DNA of 64,000 nt from Longimicrobiales bacterium (GTDB taxonomy: Bacteria > Gemmatimonadota > Gemmatimonadetes > Longimicrobiales > Gaopeijiaceae), in NCBI GenBank assembly GCA_965249725.1, contig CBDFMQ010000001.1:160001-224000 (forward strand), written 5' to 3'. The notes beneath the pieces are model-generated. The model saw only the letters and a program-made list of their open reading frames with translations, had not been told where the DNA came from and searched no databases. The translations under genes and the position numbers were made by a program. Shown piece after piece: positions 58,237 through 64,000 of this stretch. Numbering within the stretch: the first letter of the stretch is position 1; every line of letters begins with the position of its first letter.

Positions 58237-58358
58237 GCTTGTCGGGGGCGTGCAATTTGGCCAGACACCACCTATACATCAGAGTCGATGACGACGCCCC
58301 TTCCTTTGGACGACGTCATCCTTCTGTTCAACGTCACCACCGCTGTGTGAGGTAACCC

Positions 58359-60707
58359 ATGCATTCCGCTCTCGAATCACCGCCCCGTGCGGTTTTCTCA
58401 CTGTTCCTGCTGACGGCCGCGACCGCGTTTATGACCGTGTCGGGAGCGATGGCTCCGGCCGCCGCGCAGAGCGCCCAGGACCTGGTGCCCATGACGTTCA
58501 TGGACGTCCAGAGGATGGCAAGGGGAGGGTCCTGGACTCCGAGTCCCGAGGGCGAGTGGATGCTCTACACCGTCACGACGCCGAACTGGGAGGAGGAGGA
58601 ATCCCAGGCCGACATACACCTCGTTTCGATGGACCAAGGTGTCGCGTCGAGCCGGCAGATGACCTATACGGACGACAAGAACGAGCGGTCGCCCGCCTGG
58701 TCGAGGGATGGGAGCTTCTTCGTGTTCGCCTCGGATCGGGACAGCATTGCCAGTCGAAGCAGCGACACCGACGATGGAGAGGCCCAGGGTGGAGATCAAC
58801 TCTACATGATGCGTCCCGACGGCGGTGAGGCTCAGCGCGTCACCGACGCGGACGAGGGCGTGTCCGACTTCTCCTTCAGCGACGACGGCCGTTGGCTCGT
58901 GTATCGCAGCGGGAAGTCGGGCCAGGAGCAGCTGTACAGCTTGCCGGCAAACGGCCTCGTGACGGCCCAACCCGAGCAGATCACCGACGGTGACGCGGGG
59001 GTGGAGCGCTGGGAGTGGTCTCCCGACAGCCGGCGTATCTACTTCGCCAGGCCCGACTCGTGGAACGTGGACAACGAGCTGCGTCTCGAAGAGGGGTTCA
59101 GCGTGGACGTCAAGAACATGGTGACGCCCCTGTCCAACTTGTGGGCGGTGGACTTGTCTCCGAGGGACACACGGCAACTGACGGACGACCCGGCCGTGAG
59201 CGTGGGTGCCTTCGACGTCTCGGACGATGGACGGTGGGTCACATACAGCGGGGGCTCTGCCGAGCGCTACGAGCGCAACATCACGGGTGCGCGGTTGTAC
59301 GCCGACCAGTTCCTGCTCGAGACAGCCACGGGGCACACCGAGCGCCTCACGGACAACTACGAGGTGGGGGAGAGCCTGCCGAGCGTTTCGCCTGATGGCC
59401 GCTTGATCGCGTTTTCGGCGCCGGATGACAGGACGCGTTACACGATGACCGACAACCGGGTGTACATCCGCGACGTGGCCGATCGAGGCGGCTCTTTCCG
59501 GAAGATCGGTACCGGGTTCGATCAGAGCTCGAGCGTCGGTTTCTGGTCTGAGGACGGCAATACGATCTACTTCAACGCGGGTGTCCGGGTAACGACACAA
59601 CTCCACGCGCTCGACGTGCGGAGCGGTGAGGTCACTCAGCTCACCGAAGAGCGGGCGGCGCTTGCTGTGAGCCGCGACGAAGATTCGGGCGTCGTGCTCA
59701 TCGGCTACCAGGATCCGAAGACGCCGGCCACGGTCTTCACTGTCGAGAGCGTCGATGACGTGACGAACCGCTGGGCTTGGACACAGCTGGTCGATGTGGT
59801 CCCCGAGGTACGGGGGATGGCGCTCGGCGAAGAGGTCGAGGTGAACTGGCGTTCGACGGACGGCAAGCTGGTCGGCGGCGTGCTCGTGAAGCCTGTCGGT
59901 TACCAGGAGGGCCAGCGGTATCCGCTCATCGTGGCGATCCACGGAGGCCCGGCGTCGGCCGACGTTCTGCGCTTCAACGGTGGATACAGCGCCCAGGTCT
60001 ACGCGGGTGCAGGATATGCCGTGCTCAAGCCGAACTACCGCGGCTCCCGCAACTACGGCAACGCCCACAGGACCGACATCGTCGGGGACTACTTCACGTT
60101 GGGTTACGACGACATCATGACCGGAGTGGACTACCTGATCGGCGAGGGCATCGTCGACGGGGACCGCATGGGAGCGCTGGGGTGGAGCGCCGGTGGGCAC
60201 TGGTCGAACTGGATCGTGACCCACACCGACCGGTTCAAGGCGATCAGTTCGGGGGCCGGGACCATGAACTGGATCTCGATGTACGCGCAGAGCGACGTTC
60301 AGAGGAACCGGCAGTTCTACATCGGTGACGAGTTCATGTACGAGAACTTCGATACGTACTGGAATCAATCGCCCCTCAAGTACGTCGCAAATGCCAAGAC
60401 TCCGACCATGATCCACGTGGTGGAAGGTGACCCGCGGGTACCGAGCCCGCAGTCAGTGGAGCTCCACATGGCGCTCAAGAAGCTCGGCGTGCCTACGGAG
60501 TTGTTCATGTATCCCGGGAGGACCCACGGGATATCTCAGCCCCGCAACCGGCTCGTGAAGGCGGTGAGTGAGATGGCGTGGATGGACCACTACGTGCGTG
60601 GGATCGGAGACAAGTTCGAGTGGCGCGCCGTGCTCGAGACACTCGAGAAGAAGAAAGAGAAGCCCAAGGCCACCACGGACAGCGAACAGGACATGGGCCT
60701 TCGGTGA
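58359..60707 (+). CDS. Secreted S9 family peptidase (prolyl oligopeptidase/acylaminoacyl peptidase-like)
   Basis: PD40-like propeller repeats; IHGGP, PNYRGS, GWSAGG, GDPRVP and THG triad motifs. Confidence 0.93.
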   Translation: MHSALESPPRAVFSLFLLTAATAFMTVSGAMAPAAAQSAQDLVPMTFMDVQRMARGGSWTPSPEGEWMLYTVTTPNWEEEESQADIHLVSMDQGVASSRQMTYTDDKNERSPAWSRDGSFFVFASDRDSIASRSSDTDDGEAQGGDQLYMMRPDGGEAQRVTDADEGVSDFSFSDDGRWLVYRSGKSGQEQLYSLPANGLVTAQPEQITDGDAGVERWEWSPDSRRIYFARPDSWNVDNELRLEEGFSVDVKNMVTPLSNLWAVDLSPRDTRQLTDDPAVSVGAFDVSDDGRWVTYSGGSAERYERNITGARLYADQFLLETATGHTERLTDNYEVGESLPSVSPDGRLIAFSAPDDRTRYTMTDNRVYIRDVADRGGSFRKIGTGFDQSSSVGFWSEDGNTIYFNAGVRVTTQLHALDVRSGEVTQLTEERAALAVSRDEDSGVVLIGYQDPKTPATVFTVESVDDVTNRWAWTQLVDVVPEVRGMALGEEVEVNWRSTDGKLVGGVLVKPVGYQEGQRYPLIVAIHGGPASADVLRFNGGYSAQVYAGAGYAVLKPNYRGSRNYGNAHRTDIVGDYFTLGYDDIMTGVDYLIGEGIVDGDRMGALGWSAGGHWSNWIVTHTDRFKAISSGAGTMNWISMYAQSDVQRNRQFYIGDEFMYENFDTYWNQSPLKYVANAKTPTMIHVVEGDPRVPSPQSVELHMALKKLGVPTELFMYPGRTHGISQPRNRLVKAVSEMAWMDHYVRGIGDKFEWRAVLETLEKKKEKPKATTDSEQDMGLR

Positions 60708-61372
60708 GGCCTGCGGCCCGATTCCTTGCGATTGCCCTACTCGTAGGGTGTGGCGGGGAAGCCGTCGAGGAACCTGTAGATCCGCGACTTCAGAACCCCC
60801 TACTACGGGCGAGCCAGTTCAACGAGACGTCGCCCCGGACCTTTAGCGCGCGATTCGAGACCACCAACGGGGACTTCGTCATCGAGGTGCACCGGGAGTG
60901 GGCCCCGCTGGGAGCCGACCGATTCTACAATCTTGTGAAGCGGGGATGGTACGACGGAGTACGCTTCCACAGGGTCCTTAAGGGCTTCATGGTGCAGTGG
61001 GGCGTACACGATGAGCCGTATGTGAACGCCATCTGGCAGGACGAGTTCCTGACCGATGATCCGCCGACGCAGTCGAACACGCGCGGGCGGGTGTCTTTCG
61101 CCAAGGGCGGGGCCAACAGCCGCACGGTCCAAGTCTTCGTCAACTACAAGGACAACGCGAGTCTCGACGAGCGCGGATTCTCACCGATCGGTGAGGTTGT
61201 GGAGGGTATGGACGTGGTGGACGGCCTCTACGCCGAGTACGGAGAGGGCCCTCCGCGGGGCGAAGGCGTCTATCAGGCCATGGCGATGGCCAGAGGAGCG
61301 GAGTACTACGACGCGGAGTTTCCGGAGCTGGACCGGATTCTGCGAGCCACCGTCGAGGACGGTGGCTCGTGA
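60704..61372 (+). CDS. Cyclophilin-type PPIase lipoprotein
   Basis: GTGA overlap with the S9 gene; lipobox LVGC; WAPLGADRFY, FHRVLKGFMVQWG and SFA motifs. Confidence 0.88.
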   Translation: MRPAARFLAIALLVGCGGEAVEEPVDPRLQNPLLRASQFNETSPRTFSARFETTNGDFVIEVHREWAPLGADRFYNLVKRGWYDGVRFHRVLKGFMVQWGVHDEPYVNAIWQDEFLTDDPPTQSNTRGRVSFAKGGANSRTVQVFVNYKDNASLDERGFSPIGEVVEGMDVVDGLYAEYGEGPPRGEGVYQAMAMARGAEYYDAEFPELDRILRATVEDGGS

Positions 61373-61422
61373 GTTGCGCCCACCGGAGGTGATCCTGGAG
61401 CGGGGAGGGATTGTCCCCTGAC

Positions 61423-64000
61423 CTACTCCGCCCTGAGCGCCTCCACTGGATCGGTCCGGCTGGCGCGAATCCCGGGAATGGCCGCTGCCACGACCCCCGT
61501 CGCCAGCAGCACCAGGCTGGCCACGCCGAAACTACCAAGGTCCATGGGCTCGACCCCGAACAGGAAGCTCGACAACACGCCGGAGAGAAGCGCCGAGGCC
61601 GCGATACCCCCGATGATGCCCCCCACCACGGGCACCATTCCGCTCCGCAGGACCGATCGTAGCAGGGCGTTCGGCTCCGCGCCGAGGGCCATGCGGATCC
61701 CGAATTCCGCCTTTCGCCGCGCTACTGAGTACGAAACGACGCCGTAGACGCCTACCGTCCCGAGCGCTAAGCCCAACAGGGCGAACAGCCCGAGGAAGAA
61801 GCGGAGACGAAGCGGTTCTGCCATGGCATCGTCCACAACGTCTTGCATCGTGACGACACGAGCGATCGCGACGTTGGGATTGAGACGTCGTACGAGAGCG
61901 CGGAAGGGGGCGGTCAGTGATGTCGACTCGAGGTCGGTCTTGAGGGTTATGACCATCCCTAACCCGGCCGAGCGGGCCTGTGCTTGCGGTTGGTACATGA
62001 CGAGTGTGTTTTCGCCCACGAGGCTCTGCATCCGCACTTCCTCCGCGACCCCTACAACGGTGAGCCAATCGCCCGAGCCCTCGACGCCCGTCCGGACGCG
62101 CCTTCCCAGTGGATCGTCCCCTGGCCAAAGGCGCTCCGCGAACGCCTCGCTGACGACGACCACCTTCGAAGCCCCGGCCATGTCGCCCGCGTTGAAGCTC
62201 CTGCCCTGGACGATCTCGATTCCCATCGTGGCGAAGAAGCCCGGAGTCACTGGCCTCCACATGCTGTTGGGGCGTCTCGCGCCCTCCAGGTCCGGCCGGT
62301 CCTCTACGCTGACCGTGCCTTGCCAACCGCCGTCTCGGATCGGGAGTCGGGCCACGAGTCCCGTCGAGCTGACCCCGGGTAGCGCGGCCGCCTCGTCGAC
62401 GACCACCTCGAAGAACGCGTGCAGCTCGGCTTCGGTCATGGTCTCCTCTCCCACGAGGTCCACGGCCAATACGCCGGTGGGGTCCACTCCCGTGTCGAGC
62501 GATTGGAGGTGCGCAACGCTCCTGCTCAACAGCGTGGCACCCGTCACCAGCATTACGGCCAGCAACACCTCCGAGAGGACCAACGCCCCGTGCATGCCGC
62601 CGCCGGCGGTAATACCTCCACGCTGGCTGCGCTCGCCGACGACCTCACCCTCGAGCCGACCGCGGAGCAGTCCTCGGATAGGGATCACCGAGATGAGCGT
62701 CCCCACGGTCAGCGAAAGAACCAGGGCGCCCGCCAGGGCGGTCCAGTCCAGGGTCAGAGTGTCCTCGAATCCGCCTTGGAGAGGCAGGCCGGACACCATG
62801 ATGTCGAAGAGACCGACGGCCAGCACCATGCCTAGTGCTCCCGCCACGACTCCGAGGGTGACGGATTCCGTGAGAATCTGCCGGGCAAGACGCCCGCGGC
62901 CAGCACCCAACGCTGTGCGAACTGCCAATTCGCCTCTTCGATCCGAGGTCCGAGTGAGTATGAGAGCGGTGACGTTGGCGCACGCCATGAGGAGGAGAAG
63001 GCTCACGGAGCCCAGGAGTAGCAGCAGGGCAGGGGTGATGTCACCAAGCAGGTATGCCCGGATCGGAGTGAACGAGGCGTTCTTGGTCTTGTCCCAGGCG
63101 TCGGGGTAGGTGAACCTCTCTCCCAGGGCCGTGGTGAAGCGCGCCAGCTCCTCGTCCAGTTGGGCGGCGTGCGCGTCGGGCCTCGAGCGACCGATGAGGG
63201 CGAGCCAGCCGTTTCCCCTGTACGCCCCGTAGGCCGGATTCAGATCGAGGGGGCGCCACATGCGGAACTCGGGCGTGGGGAAGTAGAAGCCGCGGGGCAT
63301 CACTCCGATGACGGTAGTGGGGGCCCCACCCAAGGTGAGACGCTTCCCGATCACGTCCGGATCGCCTCCCAGATCCTGCTGCCACAATCCGTAGCTCAGC
63401 ACGACCGTCGGCTCGGCTCCGGGCCGGTCCTCTCCGGCGACGAACGTGCGACCCATGAACGCTCCCGTGCCGAGAACGTCGAACAGCTCGGCCGAGGCCT
63501 GGACGACGTTCACCAGACTCGTCGCGTCTCCGTCCCGGAAGGTCACGCCGTCCTGTCCGTAGGCGGCGATACCCTCGAGGACCCGTGTGCGTTCCGAGAG
63601 GTAATCGAACTCCGAGCCGCGCCAGTCGTGAGGCATCCAGAAGGTCAGGAGCCCGTCTTCCTGGGCGTAGGGAAGAGGCTTCAGCATGAGGCCGTTCACG
63701 ACGCTGAAGAGCGCCACGGTGCCTCCGATTCCCAGGGCCAGCGTGAGGGCGGCCAGAGCGGTGAAGGCCGGGCGGCGACGAAGCTGGCGGAGAGAATGGC
63801 GGAAGTCACGCATACCGTCGTCCACGAAGCCGACACCCCACGAGGAGTGGGTCGCTTCCTTCTGGCGGTCCACTCCACCGAAGCGGGCATAGGCCACCCG
63901 TCTGGCCTCCGCCGGGTCCATCCCCCGATCGAGATTCTTCTTCACCTCCATCTCCAAGTGGAAGATCATCTCTTCGTCCAACTCCCGATCCATCCGCTTC
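61423..64000 (-). CDS. ADOP-type duplicated MacB/FtsX ABC permease, 5'-partial
   Basis: ELDEEM.FHLE, LALGIG, LLMACANV, ELAVRTALGA, EFGIRMALGA and DPVEALRAE; the frame stays open past the window end. Confidence 0.93.
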   Translation of the reverse strand, partial: KRMDRELDEEMIFHLEMEVKKNLDRGMDPAEARRVAYARFGGVDRQKEATHSSWGVGFVDDGMRDFRHSLRQLRRRPAFTALAALTLALGIGGTVALFSVVNGLMLKPLPYAQEDGLLTFWMPHDWRGSEFDYLSERTRVLEGIAAYGQDGVTFRDGDATSLVNVVQASAELFDVLGTGAFMGRTFVAGEDRPGAEPTVVLSYGLWQQDLGGDPDVIGKRLTLGGAPTTVIGVMPRGFYFPTPEFRMWRPLDLNPAYGAYRGNGWLALIGRSRPDAHAAQLDEELARFTTALGERFTYPDAWDKTKNASFTPIRAYLLGDITPALLLLLGSVSLLLLMACANVTALILTRTSDRRGELAVRTALGAGRGRLARQILTESVTLGVVAGALGMVLAVGLFDIMVSGLPLQGGFEDTLTLDWTALAGALVLSLTVGTLISVIPIRGLLRGRLEGEVVGERSQRGGITAGGGMHGALVLSEVLLAVMLVTGATLLSRSVAHLQSLDTGVDPTGVLAVDLVGEETMTEAELHAFFEVVVDEAAALPGVSSTGLVARLPIRDGGWQGTVSVEDRPDLEGARRPNSMWRPVTPGFFATMGIEIVQGRSFNAGDMAGASKVVVVSEAFAERLWPGDDPLGRRVRTGVEGSGDWLTVVGVAEEVRMQSLVGENTLVMYQPQAQARSAGLGMVITLKTDLESTSLTAPFRALVRRLNPNVAIARVVTMQDVVDDAMAEPLRLRFFLGLFALLGLALGTVGVYGVVSYSVARRKAEFGIRMALGAEPNALLRSVLRSGMVPVVGGIIGGIAASALLSGVLSSFLFGVEPMDLGSFGVASLVLLATGVVAAAIPGIRASRTDPVEALRAE

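Overview
High-GC (mid-60s % by eye) bacterial chromosomal segment. The ADOP permease, a SusC/SusD pair in a high-GC genome and many secreted propeller proteins suggest Gemmatimonadota or a similar lineage (inference). In order, the window holds: an NAD-linked formate dehydrogenase whose alpha subunit reads through an in-frame UGA with a SECIS-like hairpin (selenoprotein); a minus-strand catabolic run (SDR, Na+/solute symporter, GH4, tdh, kbl, cyclophilin, OCD/mu-crystallin, Ser/Thr dehydratase); a cytochrome c/beta-barrel fusion next to a cupredoxin-like gene; a patchwork accessory region with gene remnants; an arcABC arginine deiminase operon; a TauE/D-cysteine desulfhydrase/YfcC run; a SusC/SusD locus flanked by three paralogous secreted His-rich LVIVD beta-propellers (best candidate for an undescribed system); a trypsin-like protease followed by a free-standing copy of its own N-terminal domain; an S9 peptidase; and an ADOP permease. 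I saw no rRNA, tRNA, CRISPR array, transposase or integrase. All family calls come from motif recognition; no searches were run.
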